DNA of 54,008 nucleotides, taken from positions 1-54,008 of the IMG/VR virus record IMGVR_UViG_3300002124_000003. One strand, 5' to 3'. This DNA comes from a virus. Its lineage: Duplodnaviria > Caudoviricetes. A program made the position numbers and the translations under genes. Below the pieces are notes generated by a model. It saw only the letters and a program-made list of their open reading frames with translations, did no database searches and had not been told where the DNA came from. This document shows positions 36,487 to 44,683 of this stretch, one piece after another; within the stretch, counting starts at the first letter, position 1; each line of letters starts with the position of its first letter.

Positions 36487-37187
36487 CAGGCGGCCTCGTC
36501 CTTTCGGGCGGCGGGGTCATCGCTGTCCAGCGTCGCCTCGGCAGCGGCGGCATCGGCTATCGTCAGGCGCGGTGGGGCGGGCGGCGTGTGGTCGTCCGGT
36601 TCGGTCGTGGGCGGCGGGGGCTTGCGTTCCTTGAGCAGCTTGATCATTTCTTCCAACTCCACAATCCGCTTTTCAGCATGTTTCAACGAGGCCGCAATTT
36701 CATCGCGTTCGCGTTCTAATTGTTCGCACAGACCGGTTTTTTCGCGCAGGCTTCGATTTTCTGTTTCCAGGTTCAACAGGCGTGTGGCTTGTTCATTCAC
36801 CCGCCCGGTGATGCGATCCAGTTCCAGGCGCAGGTTGGTCTTTTCAGTCGCCACGTTTGCCAGCGTATCCGAGTGGCGCGCTTCCTGAGCCACCATGTTT
36901 TGCGTGTGGCGCATTTCCTGCTCGACGCGCTGCCGTTCGATCAATTCCAACTTGCCATTCATCGAGGCCAAATCCAGATCGTGCCGGGCGATCACCTGCG
37001 CCTGGGCGTCTAGCTGGCGCTGTTTGGCCTCATTTTCTTCCTGAAGGTCATGACGTTCCACACTCAGGCTTTCGACCAGGTCCTTGAGGTTAGGGTTTTT
37101 GCGGTTGGTCACTTTCAGGGTTCCATAGGATGCAAAGATGGTTGTGACAAACACCGCCAGTAGCTTGACGAAATCTTCCCAGGTCAT
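36486..37187 (-). CDS. Membrane-anchored coiled-coil protein (lysis block)
   Basis: N-terminal TM helix then heptads; ATGA overlap at 37184-37187. Confidence 0.65.
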   Translation of the reverse strand: MTWEDFVKLLAVFVTTIFASYGTLKVTNRKNPNLKDLVESLSVERHDLQEENEAKQRQLDAQAQVIARHDLDLASMNGKLELIERQRVEQEMRHTQNMVAQEARHSDTLANVATEKTNLRLELDRITGRVNEQATRLLNLETENRSLREKTGLCEQLERERDEIAASLKHAEKRIVELEEMIKLLKERKPPPPTTEPDDHTPPAPPRLTIADAAAAEATLDSDDPAARKDEAA

Positions 37188-37648
37188 GCGTCCCCCCGGC
37201 GAATGGCGCGCATGAGCAGATAACCGCCCAGCAGCGTCAATGACCCGATGGTTTTGACGCCAAACCACACGGCGCCCGGATTGTACTGGGTCAGAGCCAC
37301 CACGAAGATGACAATCGGCGTCACCACGATATAGATGACCGTCGGCAGATACAGCAGCGGGGCAGGGGCCTGGCGGCTGATCAGCAGGACCAGTCCCGAC
37401 AGGGTGAGGATCAGCATTGCCAGCGTATGCAGCCCCAGGCTGACGTGATAGTCACGCATCACGATCTGACCCATGCCCGACAACGGCTCGGCAATATTCG
37501 ACAGTCCGATGACCAGTGCCGCCAGCCCGACCACACGGTAGACAGGCAGCGATTCAAACAGCCAATCGACGACACGATCTATACGATCAAGCCAACGCTG
37601 CATCATTTTCGCATTATTCCAGTTGGGATTACAATGGGTGCTGAGCAT
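37184..37648 (-). CDS. Multi-pass membrane protein (holin-like)
   Basis: About four hydrophobic segments. Confidence 0.6.
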   Translation of the reverse strand: MLSTHCNPNWNNAKMMQRWLDRIDRVVDWLFESLPVYRVVGLAALVIGLSNIAEPLSGMGQIVMRDYHVSLGLHTLAMLILTLSGLVLLISRQAPAPLLYLPTVIYIVVTPIVIFVVALTQYNPGAVWFGVKTIGSLTLLGGYLLMRAIRRGDA

Positions 37649-37718
37649 GTCTACAGCCTCTTGTAGCGTGCTTGTAGCACCCCCGGCGGCGTTTGCGCGT
37701 CGTCGGGGCTGCTGCTAT

Positions 37719-37740
37719 AAAAAACGGCCTGATGGCCGTT
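37719..37740 (-). terminator. Intrinsic terminator ending the ncRNA
   Basis: AACGGCC-ATCA-GGCCGTT-TTTT. Confidence 0.85.
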
Positions 37741-38121
37741 GGGTTGTTAGTCGGGCACTGAGGCGGCCCGCGCTCCCGTCGTCTATGGTGACGAGCCATG
37801 TCCTGCAAGGTGGGGCACGGCTAACACCCCGGTAGTGCTGTTATGCCGTTAACGGGCAAGTCATGGTTTTAAGGCCAGTCCCGCGTACCAGCCTGTGGTC
37901 TGGGTGCTCCGGCAAATGCCATCTTTGCACCCGACACCGGATTTTGCTAGGTGTGCCCAACAAATCGGATGAAGCGAATATGTCCCCACCTCGGTAGGGC
38001 ATCAACCAATATTGCTAGGCGCACCATAGCTCTCACAACCTGCGGCCAGTGCTTCAGACGGGATGCCGGTAAACCGGGCCGTCAGCCTGCGCGGGGTTGC
38101 GCCGCGCCTCCTGACCGCTTG

Positions 38122-38191
38122 TCTGCCGGGCGGACTCGAACCGCCGTCTCCGGGCCGTGACCCGGCGTGCTGCCCGTTGCACCACAACCAG
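38122..38191 (-). tRNA. Degenerate tRNA-like element
   Basis: D-arm GTGC/GCAC and perfect T-arm GGCGG-TTCGAGT-CCGCC, but a 6-nt anticodon loop (TCACGG), an imperfect acceptor stem and no CCA. Confidence 0.6.
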
Positions 38192-38295
38192 CATAGTTGC
38201 CCTCGGCTGGCCGTCGTGGGCATCGACAGGCCGCCGTCCAGTGGGGCAGGGCGTAGCGAACGCCGTCATTCCCTGCTGCCCCATGTACTGAAAAT

Positions 38296-38306
38296 AGTCT
38301 AGCACA
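38296..38306 (-). promoter_or_regulatory. Extended -10 promoter for the ncRNA
   Basis: TGTGCTAGACT; no good -35. Confidence 0.55.
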
Positions 38307-38351
38307 AATCCCGCCGTTTGACCGTTATAATCAGGTTAGATTTCCCGCGCG

Positions 38352-38549
38352 TTAGGCAGGCGGTGACTCAGGCGCATGAACTTCGCGCACCGTGACCCGC
38401 AGGTGCAGCGTCTTGACATCGTACCAGCCGCCGCACACGTTGCAAAACACGCGCTGACAGTCGCCATACTGGTTCGCCCAGAGATGGGTCGTGCGCGCTT
38501 TCCAGTCCGGGCCGTTGGTCGGGGTATGGCAGTTCGGGCAATGCATCAC
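38352..38549 (-). CDS. Small Zn-ribbon protein
   Basis: CPNC...CNVC. Confidence 0.6.
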   Translation of the reverse strand: MMHCPNCHTPTNGPDWKARTTHLWANQYGDCQRVFCNVCGGWYDVKTLHLRVTVREVHAPESPPA

Positions 38550-38728
38550 GGCTCCTTATTCGGCGGGGCAGGGGGCTTCCACATATCCATGATGAACATA
38601 TAATTCGTGTCCGCATTCGTGCCGGGATCGAAATAGCGGGTACGAATGAATAGGACATCCTTGCCCATGACCATCCCCGCCCAATGGGTGTTGCCTGCGA
38701 TGTATGAGACATAGGTTGGATGCATCAT
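38546..38728 (-). CDS. Hypothetical protein
   Basis: GAGG RBS, overlaps. Confidence 0.5.
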   Translation of the reverse strand: MMHPTYVSYIAGNTHWAGMVMGKDVLFIRTRYFDPGTNADTNYMFIMDMWKPPAPPNKEP

Positions 38729-39006
38729 GATTCCTCGTGGGCGCTCGACGGGGTAGGGGGCTTGAGATATTTCATCGCTTTACGCAAATCATCGCCCACC
38801 ACTTGCCAGTCCCCGGCGATAGCTTGTGTATCGGTTTGTTCCAATATGCGCATTGTTTCAGGATCAGGCGGGCTGCCAAATAGTGAGAATGAACCCATCC
38901 CCCTGAGAAATGATTGGAACCACCCTCGCCTCTTTGCCATCCCACCCCCTGTCGCCCGCGAAATAATTATGAGAAACGACCTAAGCCAGATAAGGGCACA
39001 TATCAT
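38725..39006 (-). CDS. Hypothetical protein (start possibly 38940)
   Basis: SFLRGMGS...D.QAIAGDWQVVGDDLRKAM motif. Confidence 0.55.
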   Translation of the reverse strand: MICALIWLRSFLIIISRATGGGMAKRRGWFQSFLRGMGSFSLFGSPPDPETMRILEQTDTQAIAGDWQVVGDDLRKAMKYLKPPTPSSAHEES

Positions 39007-39069
39007 TTCACCTACAATCTCATAAATCAGGTTATGTCGGTAAAATAACTGGCCTTCTCAACGGTCAAC

Positions 39070-39765
39070 TCAAAATGGGAAGTCAGGCACAGTCTCGCGC
39101 TCTTTAGAGATTCGGCGCTGTCGCCATGCCTTGCGCAGTCGATACCACCAGCGTGGTTTATGCCATTTGAGACAGGCTTTCAGGGGCGCAAGTTGGTGCT
39201 TTCGAGTGTCTACCCCATGACGCCAGAGATACATCACGACCACAGCAAACCAGTGTTCGCGTAACTTGGCGCTATGAAATTCTGGAAGTCCGCACTCGTC
39301 GTGGCTCTCGAACATAACCTTATCATCCCATTCAATGAGATTGATGTTCAACCAATCGACCAAAGGTGCTGGCTGATGCCACACGTAGCGACCAACGCGA
39401 AACTTGATGAGGATAGTTTCGCGGTAGACGCCTGAGCCGCTGCACTTCCGGCAACTATCCCATTCGTCACCGCTCCAATCGTAGGGGTCTTTGCCATCCC
39501 CGCCGCAAAAACTACACGTTAGGGTTTGCTTTTGTTTCGTGACAGTATCCACCAATCCGGCATGATACAGATAGCGCAGCAGATCGCTTTTGAGTGCATA
39601 GGTTCGTTCGCTGTAGTCGCTGCGCTTGGTGATGTAGGCCGAACGATTCAGCCATAGCATCGCCCTCAGCACATGCTTGAGCGTAGCGTTTCGCGCTCGA
39701 AACCTCAGCCATATCCAGCGCCCGAAGAAATACCACGCTTGTTTGTCGAAGGCAATCATGTTCAC
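39070..39765 (-). CDS. Protein with a DnaJ-like Zn-finger pair
   Basis: CSFCGGDG...CRKCSGSG. Confidence 0.65.
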   Translation of the reverse strand: MNMIAFDKQAWYFFGRWIWLRFRARNATLKHVLRAMLWLNRSAYITKRSDYSERTYALKSDLLRYLYHAGLVDTVTKQKQTLTCSFCGGDGKDPYDWSGDEWDSCRKCSGSGVYRETILIKFRVGRYVWHQPAPLVDWLNINLIEWDDKVMFESHDECGLPEFHSAKLREHWFAVVVMYLWRHGVDTRKHQLAPLKACLKWHKPRWWYRLRKAWRQRRISKERETVPDFPF

Positions 39766-39780
39766 CTCACAGAATCGGTT

Positions 39781-40047
39781 TTATCCGCCCGTCGCTGGCA
39801 TCCACACGACCCCCGCATTGGTCTTCGCAAATGGGTCATGCTGCACGGCGTGCAGGGTCACGCGGGGCAGCCAACCCTCTTCGTACCACGTATCACCATG
39901 CCGGAAAAGTGGCGTATGGAATTCATCGGCAAGAAAACGCACCTCGTATTCACAGCGGGCCATGGCCTCGTCGTAAGACAGCCCCAGCGTGAGAATGACG
40001 CGCTCCCCGGCGTTGGTGAATGCGTAGCAGTTATAGAATGCTACCAC
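39781..40047 (-). CDS. Hypothetical protein
   Basis: ORF in cluster orientation. Confidence 0.5.
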   Translation of the reverse strand: MVAFYNCYAFTNAGERVILTLGLSYDEAMARCEYEVRFLADEFHTPLFRHGDTWYEEGWLPRVTLHAVQHDPFAKTNAGVVWMPATGG

Positions 40048-40060
40048 TCTCCCTACCCCT

Positions 40061-40258
40061 TCACTTCGCGCCAGTGCTCCAATCGTCCAGCGGGCGCTCT
40101 TTCATCAGGTTCGGGCCTGAGCGCCCCAGCCAATTAACGCCGCGCACAGACAAATCATCTATCGTGACTTCGCGCCAGCGGACATACTCGCCCATCGTCG
40201 CCGGGCGGCGTAGGCGGAAGCGCAGTCGCCAGTACCAGCGGGTCAGTGTGTGGAACAT
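40061..40258 (-). CDS. Hypothetical protein
   Basis: Preceded by an extended -10 TGGTAAAAT near 40290. Confidence 0.5.
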   Translation of the reverse strand: MFHTLTRWYWRLRFRLRRPATMGEYVRWREVTIDDLSVRGVNWLGRSGPNLMKERPLDDWSTGAK

Positions 40259-40316
40259 GCCCCCTACCCCCTCATCTGCCCTGCCCTATTTTACCACGCG
40301 CACCGTAGGAAACACG

Positions 40317-40403
40317 TTAATGACGCCGCGCATTGTACCAGGCCGCAAACACCAGCGTCGCCAGCACGAAGCCGACGATCAGGCCGAGCCAGAAGTCGGT
40401 CAC
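40317..40403 (-). CDS. 28-aa transmembrane peptide (not in ORF track)
   Basis: MTDFWLGLIVGFVLATLVFAAWYNARRH; GAGGA RBS, GTGA overlap. Confidence 0.5.
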   Translation of the reverse strand: MTDFWLGLIVGFVLATLVFAAWYNARRH

Positions 40404-40927
40404 GGGCTGATCCTCAGCGTGCAACTGCCGTGCCAGCCATAGACGCCGCGCTGTGCTGGATCTACTGTCAGCGCGTCCGGCTCGTAAAGGTGCTGGTAGA
40501 CGAAAGCATACAATTCCATTTGCCCATCGCCGTCCAGATCGCTCTCGACAAACAGCACGCGCCGGTTCTCGCCGTAGTAGTTGGCATACAGGTTGTGCCG
40601 CACCCGCGCGATGTCCGGGTCCGCGTCTTCTGGCGCGGTGTGGCCCGTGCCGACGACGTTAAACAGCAGGTGCGCATAATTGGCTGGTTCCAGGCGCGTG
40701 CTGCGCAGCACAGTCTCGTATTGACTGGATACGTCCAGCGCCGGGGCGTCGATGATGCGTCCCAGATTGAAGCGGGCGATAGGCAGGCTCAGATGCGCAA
40801 AGTAACTGCCGTTTTCGATCACGTCATACACCCGCGCGGTGTAGCCGCCTTTCAGTAAGCACTCGCGCACGGTCGTGGACGATGGTTGCCCGGCCAGCAG
40901 GATCAGGGCGAGAATGAGTACTTTCAT
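40400..40927 (-). CDS. Secreted or membrane-anchored protein
   Basis: MKVLILALILLAG signal; DLDGDGQME Ca-binding-like motif. Confidence 0.6.
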   Translation of the reverse strand: MKVLILALILLAGQPSSTTVRECLLKGGYTARVYDVIENGSYFAHLSLPIARFNLGRIIDAPALDVSSQYETVLRSTRLEPANYAHLLFNVVGTGHTAPEDADPDIARVRHNLYANYYGENRRVLFVESDLDGDGQMELYAFVYQHLYEPDALTVDPAQRGVYGWHGSCTLRISP

Positions 40928-42729
40928 GCCGCAGCCATCAGGATAAATACGCCGCACTGTGGGAAAGTGGTACTGCGCAACGCGACAGAGGCGTTCGCGG
41001 GGACAGCGACCGACGCCGGGGCCATGTCGAAGGTGAGTATCGTGCTCACTGCCGGGTTGTAGCTGATCGGGCGACGATCCACAAGGTAATCCTGCGCCTG
41101 CACCGCCACGTACTCGCCTTCCGGCAGGCTGATTCCGAACGCCGCCAGATCAACCTCTACCTCATCCAGCAGTTCCCAGTTTGCGATGTAAAATGCCATC
41201 AGGTGCTGCACGTTCAATGCCTGCCAGTCGATGACTTTGACGACGTTGGAGGTAGGCAGGCTGGCGGCATACGTGCTGTTGGCATCGAAACCGGTCGCGG
41301 CCTGCCACTGCGCAAAGGTCAGGACGCCCGCCCCCGGCTCGGTCTCGCTGCTTTCCTCGTAAATCGGCCCCAGCAGGTGGTAGGCGTTATCGTCCCAATC
41401 CTGCAGGCTGGGGGCCAGCCCGGCCAGGATGTCAAGCGCGCGCGGGGTATAGGCACTCACGACGGTATTGGTGTTGAAGGTAATGTCATCGACCAGATTG
41501 GTCAGCAGCACCGGCCCCAGCGTATTGACCAGAACACTGTGGATGATCGACACGTCCTCATGCAGCACGTCCGCGCCGGTGCGTGCGCCCAGGTAAAAGT
41601 TTACGTCCCAGGTGTACAGATGATCAATGGCGATCCCACTCATCGGCTCTTCGTTGGTTGCCAGCAGGAAGCGGTTGCCCTGCGCGGCATTTGGCCCACC
41701 GCCCACACAGATCATCCCGTCCACAATATAATTGCAGACGAAATTATTGGTGGACCAGATTTGTATAGCGGTGTAGCGATAGCCAGGCATAAAGACCCCG
41801 GATATGTATTTGGGGTCGCTGGTGGACAAATTCTGCGTATAGACCGTTGGCCCGTTGCCGAGACTTGTGCCGTCGTCGCCGCCATTGTTGTAGACCACGA
41901 GGGCCTGAGCGCTGCCACCGTTGGCCTGCACCCACCAGCCAAACAGCGCAATATCGTGGCCGACCGAACCGTCGATATTGACGTTATCGCCGTAGAAATT
42001 AACTGAACCGGGACGATCTAACGCGCCTTCTTCCTGGACATCCGGGTATTCGCGCGGGACGTTGGTCGTGAAATACTCTACATTTTTAGCGATCAGATCA
42101 TCGCCCCAGAAATTGAGATCGTAGGGGCCGATGTCGATTTGCAGACCCGTATGCACAAACGTCACCCCGGCCAGGTAGCTGGTGACGTTCTGGGTCAGTG
42201 CGTAACCGGTGTTATCGTTGAAGATGACCTGCGACGTAGCCTTGTAGGGGAATTCCAGCAGGGCTTCCAGCAGCGTGACCGGATCGTTTTCCGTGCCATC
42301 CCCTGCCCCGGCGACGGCGGTACTTGAGACATACACGTTGGCCTGAAGCGTGGCGGTGGCATCGTAGACCGCGCCGTCGCTGTCGCTGAAATCCCAGGCG
42401 GCCCCAATCGTGCCCGATGCATTGTGGGTAATCAGGGTGCGGGTATCGTAGTCGTCATTGGTACAGACAAAGTAGACCACCGACCCGATCCCGCCCAGCG
42501 CGCCGAGCAGCGCCGACAGGGTATCGTCGTTGGTGGTCGGCTCGCCTTCCCCGTTCAGGTTGGGCGTGTTGATGACCAGCGAAGCATAGCGAAACGTCAG
42601 GCTCACCAGCGTTTTGGTGACTGGAAACGAAGACGTGCCCCCGTCGCCGAACACCGCGTCCAGCGCGGCATCCAGCGCCGTCAGGTCAGCGGCCTGACAA
42701 TAGAGATCGACGCGATACCCCGCAGCCAT
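40924..42729 (-). CDS. Tailspike-like beta-helix protein
   Basis: YVSS...GDGTENDP..L start typical of parallel beta-helix proteins; Asn-rich repeats. Confidence 0.6.
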   Translation of the reverse strand: MAAGYRVDLYCQAADLTALDAALDAVFGDGGTSSFPVTKTLVSLTFRYASLVINTPNLNGEGEPTTNDDTLSALLGALGGIGSVVYFVCTNDDYDTRTLITHNASGTIGAAWDFSDSDGAVYDATATLQANVYVSSTAVAGAGDGTENDPVTLLEALLEFPYKATSQVIFNDNTGYALTQNVTSYLAGVTFVHTGLQIDIGPYDLNFWGDDLIAKNVEYFTTNVPREYPDVQEEGALDRPGSVNFYGDNVNIDGSVGHDIALFGWWVQANGGSAQALVVYNNGGDDGTSLGNGPTVYTQNLSTSDPKYISGVFMPGYRYTAIQIWSTNNFVCNYIVDGMICVGGGPNAAQGNRFLLATNEEPMSGIAIDHLYTWDVNFYLGARTGADVLHEDVSIIHSVLVNTLGPVLLTNLVDDITFNTNTVVSAYTPRALDILAGLAPSLQDWDDNAYHLLGPIYEESSETEPGAGVLTFAQWQAATGFDANSTYAASLPTSNVVKVIDWQALNVQHLMAFYIANWELLDEVEVDLAAFGISLPEGEYVAVQAQDYLVDRRPISYNPAVSTILTFDMAPASVAVPANASVALRSTTFPQCGVFILMAAA

Positions 42730-44675
42730 CAGAGCGTCTTCCCGTAGTACCACGCCAGCAGCGTCCGCAGTTTGGCGGCGTTGGTAACGGTCGGGATCAG
42801 CACGGTGGCATAGTGATAGCCGACGTAAAAATTGCTGCTGACACGGCAGCCAAAGTACAACCGGTCAACCGTACTGTCATCCATCGCATTGGTGTTAGCC
42901 GTTCCGGCCACGCCGTCCAGTAGACAGGTCATGCTGGTGCTGCTGGCTCGCTGCAATTCGGCGATGTGCAGCACCCCGTCGTGCGGCGTAGCGGCGGGGC
43001 TGTTGGCGGCCTGATTACCGCTGGTCGCCCCGCGCTGAAAGCCTGAGACGTTGGTGGTACTGATGCGCTGTTCCACCCGGAAGGTCGCACCGGAACCGTT
43101 GAGTACCAGCACCCTGTCGGTCTGCGAGGTCGTGGTCTTGAAGATCGTAAACCACGTCCAGGGGCCGGTGTACGTCACCAGGCCATTCCAGCCGGACGTG
43201 AGCGCCATCAGGTCAGCCCCGTCCTTTTCGACTTTGGCCCGACCCTCGTCCACCCCGGCAGTCCCGGCCCGGTAGGTCGGGGTAATGGGGACATCCCCGG
43301 CCTGAGCCGGTTTGTACGTGCCGACCAGGCTCTTCCAGCCGCGCACATTGCCGCCGTCGGCTACAACCGTTTCGGTGGTGGCGTCATCATAGACCTGAGT
43401 ATCGGCTACCCAGCCAGCCACCGCGCCCAATGCCGTAAGGCCCGCCGTGAGATACGCCAGGTCGCTGCTGTTAGGCGCATAAGCGCTCTCCTGAGCGTTG
43501 AATTTCTGCTGCAACTGTGCGATCTCGTCGGCGGTAAAGGCCGTCGCCACGAACGTGCTGTCCGCCAGCGTGCCGGTCAGAAACTCGCCGCCGTTGACGC
43601 TGCCCTCGCGGCTGAAGGCTGCCGTGAGTGCTGAGGCTGACCACGTGCCCGCGCTAAGCGCCGCCTGCTGATGCCAATCCTTGACGTACAGGTGCGCATT
43701 CACGCCGTCGCCGACGCACGTGACCAGCAGTGCTTTGCCGTAATCGTCGCCGGTCACGTAGTAGTCCAGATCGACCGCTGTGCTGTCATGAATGTGCGTA
43801 AAGCGCAGGATACCCGCCGAAGGCTTGCGCAGCGTGTAAATGTTATTGGCGTCCACGCCGATGCACCACACGGTCATGGCCGTCGCGCTCTCGATGTCGG
43901 CCTGCGCCATTTTGAGCACGATCTGTTTGGTAAAGGCCGTCGGCGTCTCCGGCTTGAAGATGCCTTCCAGACGGTTGAATTCGTCCTGAAGGTAGTCGTT
44001 GGTCGTGAGCGTCGGCGCGGGGCGGCCTAAGACGGTATCGCCCGCCAGCGTCGGGCCGTTGTAGCCTGCGTCGTACTGGCCGACCAACTGGGCCACCACG
44101 TCATCGACATAAATGGAATACGTACCGCTGCTTACCCCGCGCAGCAAGCGAATATCGGCATTGGCGGTCGCCGCGATGTGCCGTTGTCTGGCAAGCGCAT
44201 ACGTCCCGGTATTGCTGATCGCACTGCCCGCTTGTGAGGCCCCGTAATCCATGCGAAAACTATTGGCAGTGACTTTGCCGTAACACTGGAACTGGATGGT
44301 ATCGCCCGCCGGGAAGGTGACGGCCTGTAAAAGCCCGAAGCCCGCCCCGGACACCACGTCAATGCGGGCCGCGCTGGAACCGCCATGCACGTCACTGGTT
44401 TCCTGATTGATGCTCGTGCCCCCCGCCAGCGAGCGCGTCCAGGGCGTATGCGGCACAGTGGGACTATCCCATACTTCTATGCCGCCGTCGGTCAGCAGGT
44501 TTGCCCCCGGCATGGTAAACAGGCGGTTGCGGGCAATGGCCGGAAAGGCGCTGGCGCTGGTCTCGTCCATGCGCCGCTGGTAGGCGTCGTGCCCGGCCAG
44601 CAGCGCGGTGAGATAGGCGTCATAGGACTGGCGATTCGCCAACAGCGTCATGAATTTACGAGCGCGGGTCGTCAT
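42729..44675 (-). CDS. Tail fibre/receptor-binding protein (CBM-like plus LamG-like domains)
   Basis: NLLTDGGIE...HGGSSAARI...IYVDDV; two ConA-like segments. Confidence 0.65.
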   Translation of the reverse strand: MTTRARKFMTLLANRQSYDAYLTALLAGHDAYQRRMDETSASAFPAIARNRLFTMPGANLLTDGGIEVWDSPTVPHTPWTRSLAGGTSINQETSDVHGGSSAARIDVVSGAGFGLLQAVTFPAGDTIQFQCYGKVTANSFRMDYGASQAGSAISNTGTYALARQRHIAATANADIRLLRGVSSGTYSIYVDDVVAQLVGQYDAGYNGPTLAGDTVLGRPAPTLTTNDYLQDEFNRLEGIFKPETPTAFTKQIVLKMAQADIESATAMTVWCIGVDANNIYTLRKPSAGILRFTHIHDSTAVDLDYYVTGDDYGKALLVTCVGDGVNAHLYVKDWHQQAALSAGTWSASALTAAFSREGSVNGGEFLTGTLADSTFVATAFTADEIAQLQQKFNAQESAYAPNSSDLAYLTAGLTALGAVAGWVADTQVYDDATTETVVADGGNVRGWKSLVGTYKPAQAGDVPITPTYRAGTAGVDEGRAKVEKDGADLMALTSGWNGLVTYTGPWTWFTIFKTTTSQTDRVLVLNGSGATFRVEQRISTTNVSGFQRGATSGNQAANSPAATPHDGVLHIAELQRASSTSMTCLLDGVAGTANTNAMDDSTVDRLYFGCRVSSNFYVGYHYATVLIPTVTNAAKLRTLLAWYYGKTL

Positions 44676-44683
44676 AAAGTCTC

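Larger units (their letters stand above)
37719..38289 (-). ncRNA. Large structured ncRNA candidate (~570 nt)
   Basis: No credible ORF; bounded by an extended -10 and a terminator; many local and long-range helices with G-U pairs that only work on the minus strand. Confidence 0.7.

Noticed and set aside
37951-38305. Short ORFs within the ncRNA region
   Set aside because: Overlapping Arg/Pro/Ala-rich frames on both strands without an RBS, crossing the tRNA-like element.
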